The position numbers and the translations under genes were made by a program. A stretch of DNA of 64,000 bases, taken from Octopus sinensis. Lineage: Eukaryota. How positions within the stretch are numbered: the first letter of the stretch is position 1; every line of letters starts with the position of its first letter. Below, one piece after another: positions 50,691 through 64,000 of this stretch. The notes under the pieces are model-generated. The model did no database searches and was not told the DNA's origin. It saw only the letters and a list, made by a program, of their open reading frames with translations. The stretch spans positions 75,268,001 through 75,332,000 of the forward strand of contig NC_042998.1 in assembly GCF_006345805.1 (NCBI RefSeq), written 5' to 3'.

Positions 50691-50854
50691 GCCAAAAAAA
50701 ACCGAAGAATTTTTTTTTTTAAATTCAACCACTGGGGGAATTTCCTATTTACTGAGTTTGAAGAAGGTGTTAAAATATTCAACAAACGAACAGTTTTTCT
50801 ACACAAAAATACAACTTACTTGGAGTCGATCTGTCTACAGTCCTTTCACATCAG

Positions 50855-50855
<1 letters not shown>

Positions 50856-50890
<35 letters not shown>

Positions 50891-51135
50891 GGGTAGATGG
50901 GTAGGTGGGTATGTAGGTAGGTAGGTAGGTAGGTAGTTGGGAGGTAGGTAGGTAGGTAGGCAGTCAATCAGGTAGGTAGGTAGGTAGGTTTGGGTAGGTA
51001 GGCAGGCAGTCAGGTAGGTAAGAAGGTAGGTAGGTAGGTTGGTAGGTAGGTAGGTAGGTAGGTAGGTAGGTAGGTAGATAGATATGTAGGTAGGTAAGTA
51101 GGTAGATAGATAGAGACAGACAGACAGAGAGAGAG
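50856..51135. repeat. (GATA)/(GGTA)/(GACA) compound microsatellite
   Basis: Direct reading. Confidence 0.9.
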
Positions 51136-51868
51136 GGATAGGTATCGACCTACACACTATATGTACAATATATTCAGATATATTGTGTATATGCTGATTC
51201 TTCAGCACAACGTTTCTCATTCAACATGATACAGTTGTTTATCAAATCTACATCAGCAATAAATATCCTATTTTTCTCTAATGCTCTTATGTTTGTGATG
51301 ATTCTTTATTATAACCTAAACCATATATATCTTCGTTTCGCTGACCGTTGCAGATAATTGTATTGTACTTAGGATATAATAGAAAATCTTTTTATGACTT
51401 TCACCGGTGATAATATGTTGTTCGGAAACTCTATTATCTTATTCATTCTTCATAGATAATAATATAAAAGAGAATTTAATACTGCTTACAATCAATTTGC
51501 TTTCATCTTACAGGCTATTTATGTTTTCAATGTCGATGAACTTTATATAAGAAAAGTTTCATGATGTTTAAGAGCAGAATTATTTTAGACACCATATTTG
51601 AAGATTTACAGATGGCTTCCTTTTTTTTCACTCCAATGGTATATTACTCATAAAGATTATATAAGAATATATATTTAAATAAAATGACAGTCTAATTCAA
51701 AAAGAAAGTTAGAATTGCTGACATAGGTTTAGAAATACTATGGAATACGAAACAGATTTCATTTTGTAATTATGCTGATGAGAAACAACTGTGTTGATTT
51801 TTGAAAATTATTTCTTTATCTCTTCATTGAGTTAATGATCCCAATATCTACTTGCTATTAAGGGGTAT

Positions 51869-52030
51869 TGGCAGAATCGTAAGCACGCCGAGCAAAATGC
51901 TCAGCGGTATTTTGCTCAGTCGACTTTACCTTTCATTCTTTCGGGATCAATAGAATAAGTACCATTTGGGTTCTGGGTCGATGTAATCGACTTAACCCGA
52001 AGTTGCTGGCATGGTGCAAAAATTTGAAAC
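51869..52030 (+). mobile_element. SINE family A, internally deleted
   Basis: GGCAGAATCGTAAGCACGCCGAGCAAAATGCTCAGCGG..GTCGACTTTACCTTTCATTCTTTCGGG. Confidence 0.8.
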
Positions 52031-52084
52031 CAATATCTTCTAGGTATTGGTTTTACATAATTATGGCTTTAGTTGGGTTTAATA

Positions 52085-52289
52085 CTGATTTCCAATGTTG
52101 GCATAACGCCAGCAATTCTGAGGAAGTGGGTAAGTCGATCACATCGACCCTAGTGTTCAATTGGCACTTACCTTATCGATCCTGAAAGGAAAAATCGATA
52201 TCGGTGGAATTTGAACTTGGAACGTAAAGACGGAGGAAATGCTGCTAAGCATTTTGCTCGGTGTGCTAACGATATGCCAGCTCACCGCC
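52085..52289 (-). mobile_element. SINE family A
   Basis: Head GGCGGTGAGCTGGCATATCGTTAGCACACCGAGC on the minus strand; a further fragment lies at about 52395-52465. Confidence 0.8.
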
Positions 52290-52799
52290 TGAGTTGCGTT
52301 TAATATCCCCTTGCTTTATTCTTTTACTAGTTTCCCGAATTAGTTACTGACTATACTAGGACACTACCTTCAAGGTTATAACCTATTACATGGCTCCTGT
52401 AATTGACTTCGGAAGGGTGAGTAGTAAAGTAGGCTTGGGAGGGATTTGAACTCAGAACATAGAGCATTATGTAATGGCAAATTATATTTTCCGATACCCT
52501 ACCAATTTTACGCTTCATCGGTTAAATATTAAATGTTTACCTTTCACAAGGAATACAACTCATATATTCTTTAAAGGAATATTAAGGACGGTTTGATATA
52601 CAGATATTTTCGGAATCTATAAGCGCTGTAAATGAAATCGAATCAAACGGAATAAAACAGATTCGAGAATTCCATTAATCGAACACTTAATTGTTTTCAG
52701 ATAACATCATCAATTGTTACTGCTTACAAAATTAATGTTCGTCTAATAACCTCTACCACTTCTGAATATGAGATTTTCTAGTACCCGTTTGCTAACAGT

Positions 52800-53650
52800 C
52801 ATAAACCCCAACTTTTGGCTTTTGCTGCAAATTGCGTTTTCACCTACAAACACAGATACTCATTGTGCGGCGTTTTCTTTCTTTTCTTTGTAGTTCAGTA
52901 ATATCTTCCCTAGTTGGGCTCCCGTGTTCAGATACATTCTCTAAGTTTAGTATAACATGTTTTGTAACATTGTAATTTGCTTGATTTGGAAGAATAGCAC
53001 ATACAGATTTTGCATTTGAAATATTTTTAGGTGACCTAGTACAATATAATTTCCATTAATTGTCGTTCCTCACTTCTGTTAGAAATACAGCACATTTCTC
53101 TCAGTTTTTGCTTCACAGAACATGTGAAAGACTGTCAAATGTCTCCAGTAATAGTACACTTCAGAGGATATTTTCAATAAACTGGTATGGATATGACTTT
53201 TGCTATATTCTCATCTGCACTGTCCATTTATTTACTCTTTCTACATTAAAATTAGGATTGTTATTAATTATTACAGCATCAGGAGGTATGTCCCTTTGTA
53301 GATGCTGTGTACTTGCACGATGATGGGCAAGGTATTAAAATTTGGTGGCAATATTTCGGTTGTTTTAAAGTTGGAGAGATTTATAAAGTTTTAGAACACT
53401 ACGTCTAGTTTCTTCGTTGGTTTAATGAGTCTCAAAATGTATCATATATTCATATTTGCTTGTATATCATAATAATTACTGTATTTGTCTGTGTTGTGAT
53501 TTTAGTAGTTGCAGTCGTTATTTAGCCAAGCAACTGTTGCAGATAATGTATGTCAAAGTTATCCAATGTTCTTCCTCTTTTACGACAATAGCCTGCGATT
53601 TCTAAAGTTTAAGTGACTATACAGAAATACCTTACGTCTTATTGCTTTTG
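52800..53650 (-). mobile_element. Degraded CR1-like LINE endonuclease and linker remnant
   Basis: Minus strand has EIAGYCRKRGR, NTVIIMIYKQ, PTKKLDVVF*N and LAHH, resembling PTR..LDLVFTN..SDH. Confidence 0.4.
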
Positions 53651-54252
53651 ATTTTGTAGATATTTTCGAAATTGCGTTGGCTAAGGTTTCTAAACATTTT
53701 GACTTTCAAAGTATACTCTTATACCTCTTCTATATCTTTCAAATTGTTACCTACACTGTAAAATAAATGTATGAAAAATCAAAATCCTTTTTGAAGCATA
53801 TTTTATATATCCAAAATAATCATCTTAACATTCTCCTTTTCCATATCCTAGAGCATTCTACATCAGTGCTAGATTCTATTTTCCCCCAAGGTATTAATTG
53901 AGCTATATCATACCAAGCTACAGGATGCCTGGCCAACGCTTACATTATATCTCCCAATATCATTATATGAAAGGTGGTGACGACAGTCATAATCACATGT
54001 CCACTTCCTTACAAACAGTCTATTTACGTTCTGCGTACTCATGTGGAGTTGTTTGTTTCTTATTACCGAGGGTCGAATGGGGTATATTACAAATCAGATC
54101 ACGGTTATATTTCTAATTATGTTCGCGAACTACATGTGAAAGGACTGATAGAAAAACTATACTCAATTAGGGTCTTGAAAATAGCTTCAAATTTCGTCTT
54201 CAGGGGCTCAAATATATTTTCTGATTTCCTATCCGATAATGTACATGGTTAA

Positions 54253-54253
<1 letters not shown>

Positions 54254-54309
<56 letters not shown>

Positions 54310-54320
54310 TGTGTGTACGT
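54254..54320. repeat. (GT)n microsatellite
   Basis: Direct reading. Confidence 0.95.
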
Positions 54321-55387
54321 GTGTAGGTGTGTTTGTGTGTGTCTGTGCGTGCGTGTCCGTAATTCGCGTGTTTCCTTGTCTGTCGCGATTTTATCTGAGA
54401 CCGTGTGTTGAAACCAAAACAAACTGTGTAAGATATAATAATCGTTCAAAAACTGTTAATTTTACTTAAACATTTATTATTTCGTGCTAACATTTTCGTT
54501 GCGTTTCCTACACTGAGAGAGTTCCATTGTAGTGGAAAATTTTAACACCAAGTAATAATATCGAAGTAAAGATTTTGCGTGGTTTTGAATGGCTAATACA
54601 GGTTTTGTGTGTTTTAATTGCTGTGTATGCATGTGTGAGTTTGCCAAAGAGCGCTAACGGTAACATGTAATCCAGTACAATCTCCTGCTTGGTCGAGCCA
54701 TCGGCTTCTAAAACAGCAACACCATTGTGCCTGTTTGGACAATAGATTGGGTTTTTCAATAACCACAAAGATAGCATATAAGATCCGTCAATGACTGGTT
54801 GAATATCCAGTTGCGTGATATATATGTATCTCGGTGTGCCTCAAGGTATCAAACTAGAAATGTGTAATTCCTCAAGCATACACATGTGTATGTGCCTGCG
54901 TATAGTATATATATATATATATGCACACACATACATATATTCTTATATATCAACAACAGGGCATAATACGATGCAATACAGAAAGGTGGTAATCCAATCC
55001 CGTGGTAAGGTAGTCCTTGATAGGTGGCGATAGACCACGTGGGGATGAGTTAGTCAAAGAGAGGATGACGTAATCCAAGAGAAGGAGAATTTGAGTGTAA
55101 ACAGGATCGTACTGCCATCATCCTCATACACACATAAACGTAATCGGAAAACAAAGACAGATACTCACGCATACACACACTCTTGAAAGCACATACATCA
55201 CACGCGCACCCAGTATATTTAAGCACACATGCAAATGCACACACGCCCATATTCTCGGTTCACTGTTTTTCTATTTGCTACTCACGCCTAAAGGTGACTT
55301 TTTAACCTTTTTCGGTCACTTCAGCATGTTGTGACCCTCCGACACATGCCGATGTCTTCTCTTTCTCCATTTTATCTCTCCTTGTCT

Positions 55388-55430
55388 ACTCCTTAGGAAG
55401 AAGAGCGTATGCTCGAAACACAAAAAGACA
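55388..55430 (+). ncRNA. Decayed hammerhead motif in a pyrimidine-rich pLTR-like fragment (about 55270-55480)
   Basis: CTTAGGA AGA A GAGC GTAT GCTC GAAA C. Stem II and GAAA are perfect; the core is mutated and stems I and III are eroded. Confidence 0.45.
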
Positions 55431-55822
55431 TTTCCTTCTCCTTTGTTCTCTCCTCTGATTGTAAACCTAATGCACTGTCTTTGCTTTTTTTTTTACCTCG
55501 CCTTTGTTGCACCAGGACTTAGAAATTTCTGGTTTGCTACCCATATGCGAATTTTGCCTACGAACATAGAACATAAGTTGGATTCTAAACCGTAGACGAT
55601 TGCGGACTGCAGCAGAAAAGCCTGAAATATGTTGTTTATTAAGTTTGTGTCGAACATTTGCACTAAATGGCAGCTTTCAATATTTCCAAAACGTGTGTCT
55701 GGCTCTACAAAAGCCTTCACTGCTGAAAACAAACCCCTGTGTGGACAGTCTAACAGCGATAATATTGGCTGTTAACTCTTATACATTGAAGTCGACGGGA
55801 GAATTCAGTGAGTGTGTTTGTT

Positions 55823-55853
<31 letters not shown>

Positions 55854-57232
55854 CTGTGTACCCATGTGAATGTATATGTGTGCCATTGTGTGAAGTTTTG
55901 TGAATGTGTGTGTATTTATGACTGTCAGTCTTATTAATCTGTCTACATCAGCATCAAGAAGAGCGGCCCAACATTTGTGTAAATATTTGCCTTTAACAGA
56001 TATTAATTTGTTATATTTATTCATATGAAATTTATTATTATGAAAACAAAAGTTGAATTTGAACATACATACAACCACGTTCGCTGCGCATGAGCTTTCG
56101 TAAATTTAAACGCATATACACGTTTATATTTATATGTATGTATGAACGTGTTGTTTCGGTATATGCGTGGCAAAGCAGGTGTGATATGGTGATATTTGTA
56201 GTTGAATGGCGAAAACATAAACAGTAAATGTGAAAAATACTTTACTTCTTTATTCAAACATCATACTTAATTGAATAAAGAAATTATATATTTCAGGACA
56301 CTTTACTAAAGAATATAACAAAACCTACACATTGCTCACAACACTAAACGCTTATCTGAAGAAAAAAACATTGCATCACAGTTATTTTTTACTACCTTTT
56401 ATTATATATGATTAATGCTATCAGTTTCATTTTTCTTGATGCATCCTTCCTTTCATCAAGTGCCCAAATATTTTATTATTAAATCCTTATCGAACATTTT
56501 CAGCCGTTTAGAGAGGAATTACAATGTGCTTTTCCATAGCAATTTGGCTATAAAATTTCTTGCGATAAAAGTGACTATTGTTTGTAACCACATTATTGAT
56601 TTGTTATCTTCTTCTTTTTTTTCTGGATAGATTCCCCGACTGACATTCAACCAGTTGCAACTATTTTAGCGTTTGTTGCTTTGTGCGATGAAAATAATGG
56701 TGTGTCTTTTCATTTGCCAAAATACGCGATGCTAATACATGCTTGTCCACACAAACATATTTCTATATATTATTTACACAGATGAAATATGCATACGTTG
56801 ACTAACACACACATACATATACACACTCATACACATACACGCACACATACGTACGCACGCACACACACACATACAAACGTTTATTTGTAAAGTATGATGG
56901 TAAATAACCAATATTATGCGATTGCACTTGAACTCATTTAAGAATACCTCATTGTGCACATGTATGTAAACATAAATATATTTATATGTGCGTTTGAATG
57001 TGTGTTTGTGTGTGTGTATGTGTGTGTGTTTTGTGTCTGTGTGTCTGTGTGTCTGTGTGTCTGTGTCTGTGTGCGTTTTCAATCATATTTTATTGATTAG
57101 TCAAGATGTGTCCATAACTGGTGGGAGAAATTAAGGACTTTTCAAACGGGAAACTTTCCCGAAAAGCTTGCAGCCGATTGTCCTCCGGATCAAGCGTATT
57201 TATGCTTAGCTCAGAACGCATGCGATATACGT

Positions 57233-57430
57233 CGCTGGCAGAAACGTTTAGCCGGGCGAAATGTTCAGCAGTATTTAGGCTGTTTTACGTTCTGAGTTCA
57301 GATTCCGCCGCGGTCCACTTTGCCTTTCATCCTTTCGGGGTCCATAAATTAAGTACCAGTTGCGTACTCGGGTCGATCAAATCGACTGGTCCCGCCCCAC
57401 AAAATTTCGGGCCATTGTGCCTAGAGTAAA
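57233..57430 (+). mobile_element. SINE family A
   Basis: GCTGGCAGAAACGTTTAGCCGGGCGAAATG..GTTCTGAGTTCAGATTCCGCCG..CTTTGCCTTTCATCCTTTCGGGG. Confidence 0.88.
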
Positions 57431-57859
57431 TAGAGATATACGTCCCTGAGAAGACTAAGAGAGGTCGGAACATCATGTGTAGAAATTAATCGGTGAGGAC
57501 TGGAGTTTCTAACAGAAAACATCTATTGGAGTTTCTCTGAGACAGTATCATAGCGAACGCTTTTCCGTGTATCTATATATATTATAAATGTGTAAATATG
57601 TATACACATACGTGTCTTAACAAAAACTTGTTTTATGAATGTATGTTAACACACCCCATCTCCAAACATACATATCTATATATATACATTTATAATGGAG
57701 CCTTATGTTCTTTTAACTTAATGCAATAAAGTATTCCTTATGATCCATTCTGATTATCGTGCTTGAAACAACCACTGCAGTGTTGCAAGCCACTATAACG
57801 GTGAAACGCACGTGTGAAATAATGATACAAACTTTTATTTATCAAAGATTCTCCTATAC

Positions 57860-57967
57860 ACATGCACGCACATACACACACATGCACACACACACACATA
57901 CACACACACATACACATAGTGACAGACAGATAGACAGACAGAGAGAGAGAGAAATAGACAGACAGAC

Positions 57968-58038
<71 letters not shown>

Positions 58039-58040
58039 TA
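57860..58040. repeat. (CA)/(GACA)/(GATA) compound microsatellite
   Basis: Direct reading. Confidence 0.9.
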
Positions 58041-59050
58041 GTTAGATCTTCGTGATAAATGTGACATCTATTTCTCGACCCTAGACAATTTCTGTTTACT
58101 AATTATATTATACCACTACCTTAGTCTTTATCGATTAAACAATTGAAGTATTTTGTTTGGTGTCTCTGTGTGATATGCTCAGGATAATTTTATATATTAT
58201 AGAGTTCATTTCTTTTTGAGTATGTAAATTGTAGTTCATTTGTTTTAAGTATACGCAAAATCAGACATACAAAATATATTTATTTGCAGTAAAAGATAAA
58301 ATTTATCAATAATTATCACAGATTTCTTCCATATTCAAGGTATAATAGAATTTGCAAACTCTTACAAGATATTGGAATATATCAATTTGACAGGTATATT
58401 ATTATGAACTTTTACGGTTAATTACCATTTATTTTCCGTTTATTGAAAATAAAATATTTGGACAGTAAATCTAAATGAGTAATGAACTAAAGAGTCATAG
58501 TAAATATGCATCTCTTTTGTTATGTTGCAGTCCTTTTCAAGTACGCTATTGATATTAATGGGTAAGTTATATGGCTAAGAGAGAAATATTATGTTAATTG
58601 TGACAACACCAATTATGGAAAAGGTAATGGAAATTTATTGGTTGTTACCACTAGGAAATAGGAAACTGAGGATCATTTCGAAAACATGCTTACTACCTGT
58701 ATGTGTGAGTTATATTTGTTCTTTATCTATGTGTGTCTATGCAACTGTGTTTCAGTAGATAACCGAAGTGTTTCACACTGCTATCTAAGTCGATTACAGT
58801 GATCATCAGTGGATGTGAATGAGTGATATGTTCTAAATTCAGGCTATCTGTTTGATGAGATTCACACTGATAACTGCTTCGAACTTCAATAAGGAAACAC
58901 GCATTAAATACAGGAGCATGTAACGGAACCTACAAGCAGCATAAAGTAAAGAGTGATATCTTTTAAAGTTTACATCTCAAAGGCTACCATAGCCATACGT
59001 GGTCAATAACATTCTTTACATATGGTAGTGTATGCAAGCGCCTATATATA

Positions 59051-59131
<81 letters not shown>

Positions 59132-59175
59132 CATACATAAATGGCTGCATAACTAGATAGATAGATACTGTGACA

Positions 59176-59460
59176 GATGGCTTAGTGGTTAGCGCATCAC
59201 GCTCACGATCGCGAGACAGTGGTTTCAATTCACAGACCGGGTGTCGTGTTGTGTTCTTGAGCAAAATACTTCATTTTAGGTTGCTCTACGATCATTTAGT
59301 CATGTGATATGTGGTACGGCGTGCACCTGTACAGGTAATGTCGATGTGCTTGGAGGGAGGGAGTTATGTGAACGCAAACATGTGATCATTGTAAACAAAT
59401 CGCATATGTTGTTGTTCAGTAAGAAATTGCAGAACCCTTATAGTGGTCTAACGACGTTGA
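59176..59460 (+). mobile_element. tRNA-derived SINE family C (CORE-like segment)
   Basis: A-box-like GGCTTAGTGGTTAGCGCATC and B-box-like GGTTTCAATTC, then GTGTTCTTGAGCAAAATACTTCATT; not foldable as a complete tRNA. Confidence 0.65.
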
Positions 59461-59633
59461 GTCCGTGGTAAATATGTACACATAAACACACATACACATG
59501 CTTTCAGCCATATTAGTATTATCATCATGAAATGCCGTTTTCCATGATGAACCATTTTAACTTGTGATTATACATATGGAAGAAAATATTTATTTAGTTA
59601 ACCTATTTCCTCTCACTAAGCAATATTACACTT

Positions 59634-60740
59634 TCATTTGACTTCATTTTGTAGTTGATGCTTGCCTTGTAAGCAATGCTTTGGAGCTCTTTTTAGGTTC
59701 TGGCCAGAGAGATGTACTTGATCCAGTGCAGTAGCTTTCCAATGATTCCAATGTTGAAATTTTAACAGTAAAGTGATGTGCCTGTGTCTGTCGAGGGCTT
59801 TACTGAAGTCAGGATATATAACAATAGTGTTTGTGTCCACTTCCAAATATTTTAAGAAGTCATCAAAGAAATGTAGAAGAAAGGTTTGGTAGTTTCCTGG
59901 GTAGCATCTGGGGCACTGTTGCTTTGCAGGAAGCCATTTATACTTGGTCTCACCATTTCAAACTCCTTGAAAAAATGTGATGTCAGTGATATTGTGTGAT
60001 AGATAATTCTAAGAGACTTTTCTCTTCTTTTTTTAATATGTAGGCTTGGACGATCGATTAATATAAGAAAATTTTAGTATATATATAGCTTGCGTCTAGT
60101 TATTTCCTACACAGATTAATTAGTAGTAATGCAACTGGATGCTTCCATTCTTGTAGGACACCAACAGGAATGTATCAGTGGCTACTGCACAGTAATCTTT
60201 AGTTTCATTTATTGCTGCACTGGTGTGCGAGGTAATGAAAATTATATGGAAGAGAATCTGTTTTGAGTTGATTCCATAGAAAGAGCCTAAATCAATCTCA
60301 GCAGGATTGCTAATGACCGTGTAATATTGATTCCTCAAGACGTCAGGCTCTTCTTTGGAATCGTTGTTTTCATATATCTGTGGAGCGTTTGGTGAGACAG
60401 CGGCCTTATGTTTGTTGCCAAATGAATAGGACACTTTCGAGTTGTATTTGATTTTCAGAATATCCGCAGTCTTCTTTTGTGATTGTTGATGTAGGTTTTC
60501 ATGCAATCGGTGGTAGTATTTCAAGTAATTGACTTATGTTTTACAATTTTTACATTACTGATGAAGAATGTTTTCCTTTCTTGAGAGCCTATGTTTATTT
60601 ATGCGAAGGAGATTTGCTGGAGAGCGTCTTAATCATGCACTGGTGAAAAGTGTCCTCACACATCTGTGAAGTTGCTTGGATAAGAGATTGAGAATGAGTG
60701 CAGGACCAACCATAAGCGATCTGCTTCGTGAAAATTCATG
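59634..60740 (-). mobile_element. CR1-like LINE ORF2 remnant (linker plus RT N-terminus)
   Basis: DVLRNQYYTVISNP..AAINETK..ATDTF and VIYPDFSKALD..H.TLLLK..GKLL.WI-like segments. Confidence 0.75.
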
Positions 60741-60819
60741 TCATAAATAGGTAGGTTGAGGAACATTGACATTATATATATAAATGTGTATGTATATATG
60801 TGTGTGTATGTATATATGT

Positions 60820-61243
<424 letters not shown>

Positions 61244-61648
61244 AGGATATATACTTTCATATATACTTCGAGAGATCTTTTTCTGTATTTAAACGCACGC
61301 TTTTCCATGCACGTCAATTAGAATTTTAACTCCATTCACATACTCCAAATTATGAGAAGCTGGAGGAAAGTCGCATTTGAACGGGCAATCACTCAGCTAT
61401 CAAACATGAATTGTAACGACTTACTCAGTTGAAACACTGTGCATTTCAGTAAATTGTTTTAATGCTTTTCATTATTTTGCTCGAACGTTTCCGCATATAT
61501 ATTAATAAAGAATCAAAAGTTATTATATCAATTCATTCTTTTCATTTCCGTTAAACTTAAATAATGATTTTGTTTTTAATTTCATTATTTGTTAGTTATT
61601 TATTGAGTACATACAGAGACACGCAGACACGCACACACACATATGTAT

Positions 61649-61720
<72 letters not shown>

Positions 61721-62513
61721 TAATTTTTCATCATATATATTTCTCCACTTGACAGTCTGTTTATGAATCCCACCGATATTTATAATTTCACGAAATAATA
61801 TGACAAATGGTTGAATATTCACCACATATGAAATAATTTAATTTAAAATTCTCAATATCTCTATGCAGTTATTTCATGCTAAATGAATATTGGATGTTTT
61901 CTCTCAAATTCATAATTCTTTTAGGATTCAAATTTCTATCTCGATAGTTTCAAATAAACTGTCTCCACTCATATATATATATATTTCATATTTGTTTCAT
62001 ATAAATACGATCTGCCAAGAATTACAAAATAGAAAAAACAAATATTGTTTTATTAAATTCGGAAATTGATAAATATACTGTGAACCAAGATAGAATTATC
62101 ACGAAGATATTCTCCGTTTTGGTCGTAGTCATCAAGCTTTTTAACCTTCGTTTTATATTAATAAATATCCTTGATAGTCTAATATCGATATATTAGGTAA
62201 ATATGTAAAACGATATTTCAACATGGCAATGATCTCCATGCGTTCAACTCGCCATAGAATTGTTCGTTTCGAAGAAAGGGATTCTCCCCGTCTCAAAAAC
62301 AATTGATGTTATCCTCATCTTCATTATCATAATTATCGATTGATTAATTAAATCTTTAGAGAGTTGATGTAAATGATTTACACGTTCCACCTAAAATTGC
62401 TGGTCTTCTGCCAAAATTTTAAATCTTTAACATTTTTGTTGACGTTGTTTTTGTTTTTGCTGCTGATGATTTTGTTGTTGTTGCTGTTGTTGTTTCTATT
62501 TTATTATTATTAA

Positions 62514-62562
62514 GGCGGTGAGGTGGCTAAATCAATAGCACGTCGGACAAAATGCTGAGCGG
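62514..62562 (+). mobile_element. SINE family A head fragment
   Basis: GGCGGTGAGGTGGCTAAATCAATAGCACGTCGGACAAAATGCTGAGCGG. Confidence 0.65.
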
Positions 62563-62799
62563 AGATACGAATAAAATGGAGGAGGAGCCGTCAATGAAAA
62601 TTCATTAAACCCAGTAGAAGCTAGACCATCTCTATGACTACAATTATCACAAACACAACTACAACCAAATTAACACACACACACACACCAAGAGTAAAGC
62701 AAAAAATGCTCGTTGAAACAAACACAGTTAGCATCTCTCCTTCCTTAAGTATAAAGTAATTTATCCTTTTTCTCATTTCGTCTTTCCAAACATACCTGC

Positions 62800-63480
62800 A
62801 GTTAGGACATGCGGTGTAAATGCACGTGTTGTAGGCTCACTTTAGATGCAGGACTACATACTCAGCAACTTTTGATCACTAGAGATGGATATGGTCGCCA
62901 TCAACGCGATCAGATTTACCGATCTGCCAACTTTCATACCTATTTTCCGTGGATATTGGATCTACTTATCTCCAAGTCTACCAGGAATGGGAATGAGATC
63001 TTTATGTTGTTTCGGAAGATTCAGGATCTTACAATACCTACCATCTTCTGGAACCAAAAGCTAAGCTGTTGGTTATGGATGTGAGCAACAGTGAAGGAGT
63101 GCCTTCAGAATTCTGATCCTGTCAATGTGTAAACAGCCCTGACAGGAGTAGAACTGCTTGATTTCTTAAGGCGTCTGAAGGTTTTCTTGACAACGTTCTG
63201 ATCTTGAATGCTAGTGGACGACTGAAACGACACGTTGGATACTCAGCTGGATTTTTTAGGGGTAGCCGACATGCGAAGGGGTTTCTAAAGTCTCACAAAC
63301 CTGCTCAGAAGTTTCCAGTTGCTGAGATATGCCAAATACATTTGACAAATACGCCAAGGTGGACATGGATGAATTACTTAGGTTCATGCAGGTTGTAGAC
63401 CAAGATAAGGAATTTTATAGGCCAGTAGATAAAGATGGTATAGATTATCCACATTTTAAAATCATCGACTATACAGAAAC
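62800..63480 (+). mobile_element. L1/Tx1-like LINE APE endonuclease remnant
   Basis: VNAR.., DMVAI, EPKAKLLVMDVSNSEG, then VNV*TALTGVELLDFLRRLKVFLTT..LVDD*NDTLD (GDWN-like) across frameshifts. Confidence 0.65.
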
Positions 63481-64000
63481 AACAAATTTCTGATGTGTAC
63501 ACTCGACGTAGGTATGCTTCTAAGGCTGGGGAATCGGTCGCTGGAAGCTGAACGTGTCACTCACGGTGAGCTAAGATTACGGAAACTGTATTAGTGAATT
63601 TGTTTATGGTGGTTTGCCATTAAAAAGGCAATAGAGTAGAATTGATTAGATTTAAGAAGGCTGTACCGATAGAAAAATATAGAATAGAAGGTGACTTTGC
63701 TTGAAGCTTTAAAGCGGCGCTCCACTTGACAGTCTGTTTATGAATCCCACTGATATTTATAGCATTGCAATCGGCGTGGGATTGGACCCTCGGTCAAATC
63801 TTCGACGCGAAGCACAAAGGCTACATTGTCAGAACTAAAACAATTTCTCGAAGATACAAGGGGACGAAAGCCGGTATATTGTGTAAACAATGCCACAATT
63901 CGATCTTTGGTGTGTCTTAAAGTATGCATGCTACTGAACCTTTAGTAGATATGTGCGGCTTTTCAGAGCCACTGCGAACGCTTGATCGGGACGAATAATG

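Noticed and set aside
51775-51815. CTGATGA..GAAA spacing
   Set aside because: AT-rich chance pairing with no stem I or stem III
58755-58815. Minus-strand CTGATGA T CACTG..CAGTG T GAAA CAC TTCG GTTA
   Set aside because: Core and stem II look hammerhead-like, but no stem I pairing can be formed; decayed or chance
59176-59250. tRNA gene
   Set aside because: Has A/B-box-like motifs but no complete cloverleaf and continues into a SINE core; treated as a SINE

Overview
This is AT-rich, microsatellite-dense animal genomic DNA with no recognisable intact host gene. The tRNA-derived SINE families look like those of octopod cephalopods, but that is an inference from memory and not a database result. 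Almost all ORF-track entries are translations of simple repeats. The explainable content is transposon debris: two or three SINE families, CR1-like and L1/Tx1-like LINE remnants, three Penelope-like element (PLE) fragments, a non-autonomous Helitron, a decayed mariner, and two internally deleted or non-coding LTR elements with PBS, PPT and TSD. The most striking signal is an RNA-level one. At least five unrelated type I hammerhead-ribozyme motifs can be read by eye, plus several decayed ones. They sit in short non-coding units arranged as 1.2-mer tandems or head-to-head foldbacks, mostly beside (TA)n tracts. They include a perfect 324-bp palindrome carrying a hammerhead on each strand, and a 357-bp unit whose hammerhead has the compensatory U3-A8 core and possibly a second hammerhead of opposite polarity. 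This resembles PLE-mobilised retrozyme-like or circular-RNA elements. All alignments and folds were done by eye, and boundaries of degraded elements are approximate.
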